Of a stretch of 64,000 nucleotides of DNA, positions 1-11,902 are shown in pieces. Position 1 is the first letter of the stretch, and each line of letters opens with the position of its first letter. The position numbers and the translations under genes are program-made. Origin of the DNA: Balanoglossus misakiensis (lineage: Eukaryota; Animalia; Hemichordata); NCBI GenBank assembly GCA_040954595.2, contig CM082587.2:9367403-9431402 (forward strand), written 5' to 3'. The notes under the pieces are model-generated. The model saw nothing but the letters and a program-made list of their open reading frames with translations. It had not been told where the DNA came from and did no database searches.

Positions 1-1376
1 CGGGTGGAAATTGTCATTCATACGTATATATAGATCTGAATATCGCGATGTTGGCCCTTCAATAGTGGCAACTTCTGTAGTAGCACCATACCACGGGTAA
101 TTCTTGCCATCAGAGTCACTCACACACTGATTGCCCTTCTTCATCTCCAAAGCAGGAATCTCCCAGCATGCACTAGAAACAAACAAAAGACAAATTACAT
201 AATAGGATTTACATTCACTACAATAGACAATGAAAGTAGCACAATTGTACTCTGATTTCTTAAGTTCTCTGATTTCTACATATCAAATAACTGAAGTGAA
301 CCACTAAAAAACATTGTTCATTCTTTTATCCATGATCAGGACAATGCAAGCTAATGCCATTAATATATAAATCATAACATGGGCACAAGAATTTTAACCA
401 AATCTTTATAGATGTATATCTCACAATGCCAATGGCACGAGATGACAATTGACATTTAAAATTAAGTGACACCAGAAACAAAAAAGTAAAAGGAGGTTGT
501 ATTTTCGGGAAAATATATAGGTCTCCAGTTTCCACAGCAATTTAATGTGAAGACTAACAAAAACAAGATAGCATGCACATCAATTTATCATATTGTTGGT
601 TGGATCTCTCAATGGAGGTTGCTCTGCGTGACAGGGTTGTGTATCTTATGGCGATGCCTCCACGGCTCCATTATACAGAATAGCTAGCTCTGCCACACAG
701 AGCCAGATAGCGAGGACAGGGTAAAACCTCGAACTCAGGCTGTAAGACTGCGGCAAACGTCATACTCAAAGCTACGTCGTTTTTAAGTTGACGTAAATAT
801 TGGCAGTGCTACTTGTTGAATTATGTTTATATTTAAACTGTCACGTCGTAACAACACATCCCAGTATACATGAATAATTAATTCCATATGATTTATCCAC
901 GCGTTCCTATTTATTTTAACGATTGTACGCTGTATATAGCGGTATATTCATAATGGACAGCGTTCACACCTCCCAAATACCCCATGGCCCCAATCTGTCA
1001 GGTGTTTGTTATACCGGTGTTTTCATTGTACTGACTAGGTAAACATAGTCAGGAATTTCTGTCCTTCACGTCTTCAGCCAGGTTGATTAAAAAGACGAAA
1101 ACATACTTACTAGCCATAATCACCGTAACTGTTCTTAAACTCCATATGTGTACAGACTTGGACCCAACCAACTTGCCATTCTTCACTGCATCGTAGTGGT
1201 GGGAAGCGAATTTTGGCAGAAGCACGGAAGTATGGAGTTTTATACCTGAGCACTGTCGGCGAGTTCTCGTCCAGTGTTGTCGGCGTTCGATCGATAGCAA
1301 CGTTTAGTTCATATACTTGAATGGCATTTTCCCAAGCAGTCGTTTTCCGCCTTCTCTTCGCCAAAACACAGCCCAT
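1..1376 (-). CDS. FAM78: FAM78-family protein, 5' part. Coding exons 1376..1111 and 172..<1; continues off the window.
   Basis: Exon 1 reads MGCVLAKRRRK...VLRYKTPYFRASAKIRFPP...WQVGWVQVCTHMEFKNSYGDYG. It splices (GT at 1110, AG at 173) in frame to YACWEIPALEMKKGNQCVSDSDGKNYPWYGATTE...MNDNFHP. The YxTPxFRASA, WxVGWxQ and SDSDGxxYPWYG motifs match FAM78A/B. Confidence 0.88.
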
Positions 1377-1844
1377 GGTATGGTGGTACGTTTTACCAAG
1401 GAGGTTGTCTGGTATGGCTGCAAGTTGGGAGAGAAGTGACGGGAAACAGAAGGTGTCAATGAAATCTGCCACATACAACAGCATAGTAACAAGCGGCCAT
1501 TTCCCCACTCACATCACAACAGTTGTCAGTCCGCTCCACGTCACGCTGAAGTAAAGTGGGTCGTCTGCTGTTCGCAAAAATAACTGAAAATGAAACGCCC
1601 GATGGTTGCCTTGTTTGCTTAATTACTGTTTCCCTATCGTTGTGGGTTGTGGCTGTATGCAATATTCCCCTCGGCATTAAGTGCATTGTGATGGAAATTA
1701 CATCTTTATGACCGTCGCCCTCATCATTGACTGTGATTGCATTGACGTGTCGGCGTTGAATCAGCTAAGCATTCTGGGAAAATGGTTGCCGCCCATGTGT
1801 AACGTAATGTAAAATGCTGCAGCGTTGCAAAGTATCTATCTATC

Positions 1845-1876
1845 TATCTGTCTGTCTATATGTCTGTCTGTCTGTC

Positions 1877-1949
<73 letters not shown>

Positions 1950-1975
1950 TTGTCTGTTTCTCTGTCTGTCTATCT
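1845..1975. repeat. (CT)n / (GTCT)n microsatellite
   Basis: Long tctctc run about 1881-1947, flanked by tgtc repeats. Confidence 0.95.
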
Positions 1976-3260
1976 GCCGGGCCATGTTGCTTGCACACAA
2001 TTTTCTATATCCATATTTCATGATTCTGCATTTTAGTAATATGAGCAACTTCTTAGAATTCGACATCCAAAACGATTCCATTTAAATCTCGAGAGTTAAC
2101 CTTCTCTTAGTTACTAGTTACAATGTGAAATTCCACTTTCTGTATAGTGAAATTAATAAACATGTTATCTCATCATGATTTTGTAATGAGCTTCACAGTT
2201 AATGAACCTCATTACTTTCTCCCATATGCGCATTACCTACAGTAAACTGCATAATCATGTTCGTCCGAACAATAGAGGAACGTTCTTAATATTTAAAACG
2301 ACAGACTATCTCTTTATTTGAAGTGCCACAGTAGCAGGAGCAAATTTAGACAGAAAATGTCCCGGACTTAATATTGCCAACTTTAACATGTTACAAATAA
2401 GAATGAAAATACTAGATTTGAAAATTTGATTGGAACTCACTATGAATATTATTTCGTTTCGATTTTTTGTACAGGCCTATACATAGCCTAAAATACATTG
2501 GTTTTTGTTATTTATTTGACCAGGCCCCCATTATCCTTACACTCGTGATGCAGCTATACATGAATTGTAAAGTCTCGAGGCCTACCGTATTTTTCTTCAG
2601 ATGTTCTGTGATTACTTTCATTGCAATTAACACAACTTGTTTGCCTCTTTGGTTGTTTCTCATCGGTCAATTCCTCCATTTTGCATTTTGTTTCTGCAAA
2701 ATGACTACTGTACTTTCACCTTGGTTAAGACAACCGCGTCTTGTCTATGACTTGTTTGTGTTACCGTGACAGGGTTCGAATATCGTTACCGCTGACGATC
2801 GCCCGCATGTTCTTGCTTGTTCCAAACATCAAGTGACTAAAAACATTCGAAATATTCTTGGACGTTGTCCGGGAAATACAGCAAAAGTTCCAAATACGCG
2901 GAGCGTCACGTCACGTGGTTTGGTTTGGCACGCACAATCGCCGCGGTCAGTGTTTAATACACGTATTTTGCTAAATATATTCACAACCAAATGAAATTTT
3001 CTAGATTTGGTCGGAAGATCGAGCACTTGGCGCTGTCACTAATCAACCATGCATGTTTCCGCAAATTCTTTTCATTTGATTTGTGATTCCCCGAAAATTA
3101 ATTGATGATCCCAATTTGGCATGTAACTTGGCGGCGGCGATCTCTTGTGTCCATTTTAAGCACGACTCCAAGTTCAACTATAATAATAGAAAGATGACAC
3201 TTTTTTCTATTATTAATATTGGGCTGATTATTTTCCTGTACACGAAATCTGTTCTAAAAT

Positions 3261-3337
3261 AATCATAATCAAATCATAATCTTTATTTCTTATATATAGC
3301 ACATAACGTAATAAATTATCTCAATGCGCTTTACAAT
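3261..3337 (-). repeat. Isolated L2-type 3' tail fragment of a SINE or LINE
   Basis: ttcttatatatagcacataac...tctcaatgcgctttacaat closely resembles the tail of the SINE at about 50285-50335. Confidence 0.5.
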
Positions 3338-3429
3338 AAAGTAAAACACATTAAAAATGACAATCTGGAAAACTGGGCGCATTCGTCGTTTTTCATATGA
3401 TTGCATTAGGAATAGCTCAGTTGTGGTTT

Positions 3430-3870
3430 ACCTTTGCACTACTTTACTTCTAGAAGTCAGTTTGTCAGTATCGGTGGCGTGTACAGTCTCATTGAAAGCC
3501 CATTTCTTGTGGTGTTCCTCAGGGGTCCATTCTATAGGCCCAACTTTGTTTCTGGTTTACATCAATGACTTTCCATGTTCCTCTGATGATTTTAATTTCA
3601 GACTGAATGCTGATGACTCCAATTTGTTTCACACAGTACAAAATAGTTATATCATCAACTTGGATTAAGTGACTAATAATTCAGCAGATGTAATAAATTG
3701 ATATGATGCTAACAAGCTGATTTAAATGTTAAGACAACTAATTATGTAATTATAAAAAAACAGTCAAAAATGTACATGTAATGGGTCACTTCGGGTAAAG
3801 GACAAAAATACTAGACAACATAGATCTTTTGTTTGGGTTGCTATTGACAGTAATCTGTCCTGGTGTTACG
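3430..3870 (+). mobile_element. Degenerate CR1/L2-type LINE reverse transcriptase fragment
   Basis: Frameshifted SCGVPQGS / IGPTLFLVYINDF...LNADDSNLF (RT GVPQGS and YADD-like motifs), followed by stops. Confidence 0.75.
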
Positions 3871-3989
3871 ATCTGTATAACGGTCAAATATGATTTTAAA
3901 TGTCAATTTAATCCAGAGCTCGGGAATGTCAATGTTTGGTAGTACATTGTATACTCAATGTTGAGGAGGACAAATTTTACGTTTGCCAC

Positions 3990-4311
3990 TCAAAGTTAGC
4001 ATCGGTGGGGCGTGGTGGCAAGTACTCTGCCCTGGTACACTAGAGAAACCAGCCAATAAATGAAGTGAGGCGAAGAGTGAAGAGGGGGTGGGGTGGGAGT
4101 GGGTGTCCCCTCCCACATTAGAAAATTTTGTAAAATAAAGGACTCGAAACTGCAATTTTGTGGACTCCAAAGCAAAAGTTGGGGGGGGGGGGGCAAAAGA
4201 ATGTGACCCCCCCCTAAACGTTTCGAAAAAATGACCCCTCTTTTGGATTTCAAAATTTAAGTGACCCCCACTGGATGTTGTCGCCCCCCGGCCGTAAAAA
4301 CAGAACGATCC
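3990..4311. mobile_element. Partial non-autonomous DNA transposon, same family as 13842-14240
   Basis: Terminus ccggccgtaaaaacagaacgatccc is the near reverse complement of gggaccgttcagtttttacggccgg at 13842. Both copies share gggtgtcccc(c)tcccac...agaaaatt.tgtaaaata and gaccccc repeats. Confidence 0.55.
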
Positions 4312-4398
4312 CTAATAACCACACGAAAAGTCAAAGGTCATTGACAGCGCCCTCTGGAGAGGCAAGCCCCTGTACACTTTCGAAACATGCAGTGACTC

Positions 4399-4412
4399 GT
4401 TTCTATAGTTAC
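4399..4412. promoter_or_regulatory. RFX X-box in the DNAAF3 promoter
   Basis: GTTTCTATAGTTAC (reverse complement GTAACT-AT-AGAAAC) ends 27 nt before the ATG. RFX X-boxes are the typical control element of ciliary genes. Confidence 0.65.
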
Positions 4413-4439
4413 CAACGAAAACTCAGAAGATTTATTATC

Positions 4440-5944
4440 ATGGCGGACGGATTTGGAGCCATCACTTACTGGGGATTCAGCCCGGCGCTGGATTTTCAAG
4501 AAAAAGGTCAGTTTCCTAATCTAATTAGCGATAGTAGAGGTCTGTAACGCGGGGAACACACAACTTGACAAGCTGTACGCACGGCCATGACAGGGTCACT
4601 CGGCTGGAATGTAGCAGACAAAACTCGATATCCATGCACTTTTCAACTTCAATTTCGGACACAAGACTGGCAAACTAACTTAATTATGCGGTTGGCAATT
4701 TTAAAATCTGATATTTTCTTGTAAATATCACCGCGACGGATAAAAATGACCGACAGCAAGTAACATAATGGCTCATACCAGTTGACTTCCTGGATGAACA
4801 CTGTGCATAAACAAATCTAAGATTTTGCCGAGACTAGAGAAATGTTTCTCTGCTGGCACTTCAACTGGTATTGCGAGTGGACGGCATTTTATGGTCACAT
4901 GAAAGACTTGGAATAAGATTTTTCACAGTTGGGAATAGTTTACTTACACGCGCAGCTCAAGTGAGACTAATAGAATTTCACAACCCCAAGGACCCGGGAT
5001 TATATTTCTCGCACACTCTGACTGGGATCATATTTGTCCCACACAAGCTGCAGGTGAGTGTGAGAAAAAATATCCCTGACGAGTGTGAGAAATATGATCC
5101 CAGGTCCTTGGTGTGTGAGGTTATATTTCTCACATGGCCACAAATTAGCCAAATTCATATTAGAAAAATCGAATAACAGACTGTGTAACTGTAATGTCAC
5201 CTTGCATGTTGTAGTTTCTGTCTGTGTTATACACATCCAGCTAATGGATAACATTTAGCAGGCGTTAATTAAAGAACGATTATCATCCAATCAGCGCTTG
5301 CATCAATCATAATCAGTTTTCAATTCAGTGAGAGTGTGAGATCAATTTGTTCTCACACTGTGCCTCAGCATGCCAGGAGTGTGAGAAAAAATATCCCCAA
5401 CTCACGAAAAACCTCACCAGTATTCCAGGTTACTGGTGTGTTTTAGATTCTATTAATCACATTTACCTAATGACATCACACTTGCCATGCTTACATCTGA
5501 TATGCTTTAAAGTCCATTTATGTTTTGGCCTTTATTGTCAGATGTGATCCAAGCTGGCTCTGATAAAAATGGATCTCCTCTCAATATATTATTAATTGGT
5601 GGCGGTGACTGTCGACATATTCTAAAAACCATCGCCAGAATCCACAGGCATCCTCAGCAAAAAATAAATGTAAGTATTTTGCTTAAAATTTTGATGGCCA
5701 CAGACAACTTATATTTGGCCTATGCATAATGATATACTGTAAAACAGGAAATTTTCGCGAACTACGCGAGAGCCAACAAAACACGAAAATAAAGAGTCGC
5801 TTATTAAAGAATGTTATAACGATGAGATAACGATGCAGTGGAATACAAGAACTCGAAAACTTATCGTCGCGTTACAGTTGCATCTTTTCACGAAAATTTC
5901 ATGTCGCAAAAAATTCCCGTTTTACAGTATGCATATCAAATGAC

Positions 5945-5976
<32 letters not shown>

Positions 5977-8900
5977 TGGTATTAGAGAGAGCAAATCTAA
6001 ACCACTGTCCTTGATATGTTTTCAGTTTTATGTCATTGAAAACAACTTGGAACTCTATGCAAGACACATGCTGCTGTTGTCCATAGCCTTACAATCACCA
6101 CAAGAGATGGGTCTCCAGGAAAAGACAGAGCTGTTTTTGGAGGTTTACGGAAATTCCCTCATTAGATCTCACTCCAATCAATTTGTTATCAGTCATGCTA
6201 ATGAATTTATCAGGTGAGTGTCAGGACAGTGACCTGCTGCTGTTAAGGAGTTAGTAGTTTACTTGTTCATGTTGTTACTATCTCAACAGTTTGTGTGGTT
6301 CCGGTATCCACTGAATTTCATGCTGTTTCTGACTTGTGTACGTATACATTGACACACAACTTCCGTGAATATTAAAGGGTTATGTCAGAGTTAAAATGGC
6401 CAAATGAAATACTGCTTGGGAATATTGTAAAACAGGTTATTTTCATGACAGGAAATGTTCACGATATCAAAAGAGGCAACTGTTGCATGAGGATTAATTT
6501 TGGCGTTCTTGTATTTCACTTACCTATCTCTGGAAAAAAATTTACGCGACTTTTTATTTTCACTTTTTTGGGCTCTTGCGTACTTTTTATTTTCACTTTT
6601 TTAGGCTCTGGTGTACTTCGTGAAAATTTATTGCTTGCGAAAATAACCCGTTATACAGTATTTCTTCTGTGTATCTGATCCCCCTTTTCTTGTCCATTTG
6701 CCTTTTGATCCAGTTTTGCACCAACGCTTTTGAAAAAATCTCATTATTTAGCGAAACCACCAGTGTTTTCTCTGTGTATTCACCAGGAATAATACATTAT
6801 TCAATTCATAGATGGCAGCATAAGGCAGCGAGGAAATAGACAGTGGTCACGCATAAAAAAACTTGTTATACACTAGTGATCTTGCTAAATAGTGAGATTT
6901 TTCTAACAGTTTAGTTCCAGTTTTGGTGTACATGTACAAACATCTAATACCAGGCGAAACCTCCAGCTGAGGTACTGCAGCTAGTCACATGGGTGAACAA
7001 AATGCACATTTTCTCATGCTGGTGTATGTGATCATTTGTTTTAGAATGTAGCATTAATAACCAGTCACTTGCTGTAGACAAAGGGTCCATTTACATTACC
7101 CTTAAATAATTGAGGTGTGCAAGAGTGTATTGCACTTCCGGTTCATGGAATTCAAATTTATGGTTTTAAATCTGAATTGAATGCAGATATGTTGAATGTG
7201 AAACCCTCCTCATTAAAAAGCCCTGAACGTATTCCCTCTATGACAGGAGTTGTCAAAATATTGCAGCCGCTGCCAGTGGAATAACTTTCAAATGATATGA
7301 AGTCAGTTACATTCATTGAATTTGGACTCCAAGTGACTGCAACAGCTATTGGGCTACTATTGATTCCTCTTCTGTTCCTTTCAGATATGTTACAGATTTA
7401 GACTACATGAAAGATCACATGCCACTCTTTGATCTTTCATCATTAAAATACAAGGAAAGGGATCAGATGGAAGCCATATTTAAATTCTGGAGGAACACAG
7501 ATGTGAAAATATTTAACATTATAGAACACTGGTAAGGTTTTAGGATTATCTCCTCCTTTATCTCTTGATGTTGCTGTTTTTATAAATGACATGCAGCAGT
7601 TGATCTTGAAGTACTGTTATTTTTTTCATATATGTTCCCTCAGATTTGAGTCAAATTTGTTTTAGCAACAGTAAACAGCGAAGCTCGATCAGCCACTAGG
7701 TCACTTGTTGAATTCTTTGTCCTTTTACGCCTGGCAGGGATGAGAGAGTCCGACAACATCTGCAGGAGAGATATGACAATAGACGTGGCGCATATGATTG
7801 GGATCATAGTATGAAATTATGTGATAAAAGTGCACAGATGGTCAATATCCATGAATATTCTCAATGGAGAAATTCAGGAATTGCATTTGAACCGAGAGAA
7901 GGAAATTATGACACTCCAAACAAGACTATGGCATCTGGACTGATAGTCAACATGGTGAGAATTTCTGTTCAGCTTTTCTGTATGGATTGACTCTGAGTAC
8001 CTCTACTTAGATTTTGCCATGTTCACTTCTTTTAATTTTATGTTTGTTACATGTATGAAATTGTCCAGAGTTCAACGTTTGTAAAGTAAATTTCTATAAT
8101 GTCTTTTGATATAAGTGGACAAAAATTACAGATATTGGTGGTATAAATGAAACTTTTTGTTATTGAAATATGATGCTTGAAATAATTATTTGTGAATTTT
8201 AAATCATTAAAATGTGTTGCTGACTTTAAAAAATTAATGGAGATTTTTAAGAATATATTGTAATTACAATGTTTAATGCCTGTCTGCAGGGTGGCAACAG
8301 GATTGCACGAAGAGGTTATTGGGGTGATATCGTTACAAGTCCATACATTACATTTGGTATTGAATGTGAAGAAGAAAGTTTGTTGAAAACAGCAAATGGA
8401 ATACATGTTAAGGTTAGTACATGCACTATCAAACATTTTTTTAATGCATTGCCGCTTTTATTGATAAACAAATACAGTATCATTAAGGTTTTGATAACAT
8501 TTCAAAATATTTAACATATGAAAAACATGCCTGCACTGTCTGTACTTTGGAATGAAAGACAAGTGTGAATTGATACCATGAGAACAGAACACCAAGTTGT
8601 TCCAAGTCAGTGTGGGGGCGCTTCTCACTTCCATAGTCTTTGAGGGGGGTATAAAGCTTCAGCCCAAACTGAATTCAGATAGAATCATTCAATTCGTCTG
8701 TGCACTTTTTTTGCAATGAAACGTTCAATCTGATAAATCCATTTTATGAAAGACACCAATCCTAGTAGAAAACTTGGCTCAGAGCCATTCATTTTACAGT
8801 TAAATAAGTGTGTTTTCTTATGAGTAGAATAATAAAGTTTATTATAAACAGAGGTTCATTCAGATCTGAAATAACCAAAGTAGAGTTTGCTTGGTGGTGA

Positions 8901-11846
8901 TCTCAACTCTAGTGAGTCTCCCCAATAAAGAAATAAATTCCTCCAAAGGGACACTGAAAATGGGCATGTGTAAAATAAATGTACGTAACTCTGCTTTATT
9001 CATGCAGAATGTACACAGGGGGGGGGGGGGGGAATTACTGGGGATTTATTTTATTGAGTTTCTCATTAGTATAATGTGCAAATTCAGCCACAGTTACCAT
9101 GGAAAGTTGAGGTCTAGCCAATCACAGATTTTTACTAGGTGTTACACAAAACATTGCACCACCAAATGGCCATTTGATGATTTAATCATGCATATGTAAA
9201 TTAAAGGTATACAGTCACCTCCAATTTACATACGCCCATATATGGCTGAAATGGCGCATTTGAGCGTTCTAAAGAACATATGGTGGCGCTCTTTTTTTCG
9301 CGTGTGCCACCCACTGAAAATCCGTGATTGGCTAGATCTCAAGTTTACCATGGTAACTGTAGCTAATTTCCATAGGTGACCGTATACCTTTAAGGGTGAT
9401 TTTATTCCTGAGGAGGTATGCGTAATGAGATGAACTAATCATTAGAACATGTTTGTTTTTCGTTCTCTCATAGACTTCAAGAGATATTTCTGAATATAAC
9501 ATACTCTCATTGTTTTATGAACTTGTGAATAATGAAAAGTATGTTATGCCCAAACAACAAGAAAGTGGAGAGACAGAAGGTGCTGTGGTAACAGAAATAA
9601 CTGAAGATGAGTTGGAGGCCGAGAGAAAATCAACACAAGGAGAACAAACAAGTGTGGGTGCTGGTCAACATGGTAAATAACCTATTTAACATTCAGCTCT
9701 TGACAATCTCTGCTGTTGCCATCTGCCAACATTTTACCTGTTACTTTCAACAAGTAGACAATAAACTGTATATTCACTACCAACTATTTTACAATTAAAG
9801 GGACGTAACTCTTGGCTTTAATTTCAGTATTTTTGTTTTGTGTAACAAATGCATTTGTAAGTTTTCAGCTAGAATCAACATTTTGTACAATTTGTTATCA
9901 TTACAATTGAAGCTCAGTTATGTTTGTTATTTGTTTACTCATGATGCGTCCCTAGTCTGGTCCCCTGCCCCATTCCCACCACTGGCTGTGCTACGCTAAA
10001 GGGAAAGGGTCAGGCACGTGCTTTTGTAAACATAGCTGTCATTGGCGTACGGACATTGGAGGCATCCATCTTGTTTATGATCACATGGTCTTTGTTTCAT
10101 TATAATATGCGGGCAAGGTTTTTTGCCAAGATAGCGGCTCGTACCTGTCCCCTTTCCCTTTAGGCTAGCGCAGCCAGTGGTGGGAATGGGGCAGGGGACC
10201 AGACTAGATGTGTCCCCAACAGTCCCTTTGTTTCCCTCAATAGCGGTTGATATTTGTTATTTCCTGGTACCTTGATTCCCATTTTTGCTGACTCAAAGCA
10301 ACTGTACTGCATCTTTGCCCCCAAAAATGAAATCTCTCTGTTTCTTTATTACATTTCAGATTGTATAGCAATAGATGATGTAACCATTCATTTCCTACCA
10401 CTGAACTCATCATCAGATTTACATAAAAAGAGTAAATTTCACCAACTATTCAATCTTGTGTACTTTTCTAACAGGTAGGTTTGATCAATAGTTGTGTAAA
10501 CTTATGGTGTAACACATTTAGCTAGTGAACCACCATGAGAGTGTCCTCAAGGGTCTATAAGCAAACAGCCATAGCACACCCAGCATACAATAGCAAATAG
10601 ATCTAATCCCATCTATTGCATCTGCAATTCTCCCGACCTTAAATAGGTTTTAAGCTACCTATGTGAGTGATGAAAATCTTATATGGTCGACACAATTTCA
10701 AGATGGCCGATTTTTGCCATGTTTAAGAAATGGGAGTTCATAGCTAAAGTGATGATGGGTCATTCTGAAACTTTTTAACAGAAAAAATAACTAAATGTGA
10801 AAAAAGTTTAATGAGTTTAATATGCTAACTACAAAGACAGACATGTTTGACCAAAGGAAGTCATGAAATACAGTAATTTAATTTCTTCTATCTCTAACTA
10901 CAGTGGGTTGTCGACTTTTCGCCCAGAATGCAATGTGATTTGACCAACTAGCGCAAAGTGAAAACCTATTTAAGGCAGACAGAATTAAAGAACAATCTTT
11001 GAAATAATGTTTTTCTGATTGTTTGTTTGTTTTTCAGTATGGTGCACCTCCTGAACAGTGAGATGAGTGAAGTGTTTAGTGATAAAGCCACTATTATTCT
11101 TGAGACTGCGAAATTTATGCTGGATCTAAAAAAAGAACAAATTCAGCGGTTTGTTGATAAAGTAACTGGCATGGCAACCGCTGCAGGATGTCAGGTTTGT
11201 GAATGACATTGTTTATGTTGAATGATTCACATTGTTATTTTCATTTTTAGTGATATTGTATTTCCATTGAGATACATTTTGCTTTTTGTCTATGGGCAGA
11301 CTCACGGTGTTGGTTATATCTGACTAAAGTCTGTACAAATCTGACAAACCATCCGTCCACAGCTTTTTCTTTTAGGTGACTTGATCTAATTTCTTTGCAT
11401 TATACAACGTAGTTGATCATTGATAGACATCAGTTTGTTTTGCAGTAAGATCCAAAATGGCCACCTGATGGGTGTTGTGATACAATATTGTCATATCATC
11501 TACCGTAAAACACTTTATTTTCGCGAGTTGAAATTTTCGCGATATCGAGAGAGGCCACTGTTTCGCGAGTATTAATTTTCGCGTTCTCTTATTTTATTCA
11601 CTGCATCGTTATCTTAATAAAAAATTTACGCGACTTTTTATTTTCACGTTATTTTGGCTCTCGCATATTTCGCGAAAAATTATTGCTCGTGAAAATAAAG
11701 TGTTTTACAGTATTTCCTTACAGTTCATTATGACCAGGTGACATTAATTTTTTGGTATATCTTTTTTTTTTATATTTTAGGTATCAATACCGTGCGATCC
11801 TGAGAAAGATGCCTTTGCAAAATTTACATTTTGTAGAAAAACGTGA
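4440..11846 (+). CDS. DNAAF3: Dynein axonemal assembly factor 3, complete, about 468 aa. Exons 4440-4506, 5542-5669, 6026-6213, 7385-7531, 7738-7954, 8290-8412, 9474-9672, 10360-10474, 11038-11194, 11781-11846.
   Basis: [52 protein letters not shown]...[65 protein letters not shown]. All introns are GT-AG; exons sum to 1407 nt in one frame ending at TGA 11844-11846. Confidence 0.95.
5737..5927. mobile_element. Tc1/mariner-like MITE, family A
   Basis: TA|CTGTAAAAC...GTTTTACAG|TA with inverted tttcgcg arms. Confidence 0.7.
6425..6658. mobile_element. MITE family A, diverged copy
   Basis: TA|TTGTAAAACAGGTTATTTTC...GAAAATAACCCGTTATACAG|TA; internal tttacgcgactttttatttt shared with 11503 and 51269. 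Confidence 0.65.
9205..9389. mobile_element. TTAA-targeting (Kolobok-like) MITE
   Basis: TTAA|AGGTATACAGTCACC...GGTGACCGTATACCT|TTAA. A partial copy lies near 27100-27194. Confidence 0.7.
9953..10206. mobile_element. Non-autonomous TIR element with TAG...CTA ends and 10-bp TSD (AcademH-like)
   Basis: About 60-bp near-perfect TIRs starting TAGTCTGGTCCCCTGCCCCATTCCCACCACTGGCTG. Flanks are gatgcgtccc and gatgtgtccc. Confidence 0.75.
11503..11710. mobile_element. MITE family A
   Basis: TA|CCGTAAAACACTTTATTTTCGCGAG...GAAAATAAAGTGTTTTACAG|TA; highly similar to 51269-51475. Confidence 0.8.
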
Positions 11847-11902
11847 TGCTTGATAACTTGAATTGATGTAGCTGATGACATGAAGAAGACTGTGTATGGT
11901 GT

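Noticed and set aside
1814-2085. ORFs rich in SLSL or ERER
   Set aside because: Translations of the (CT)n microsatellite.
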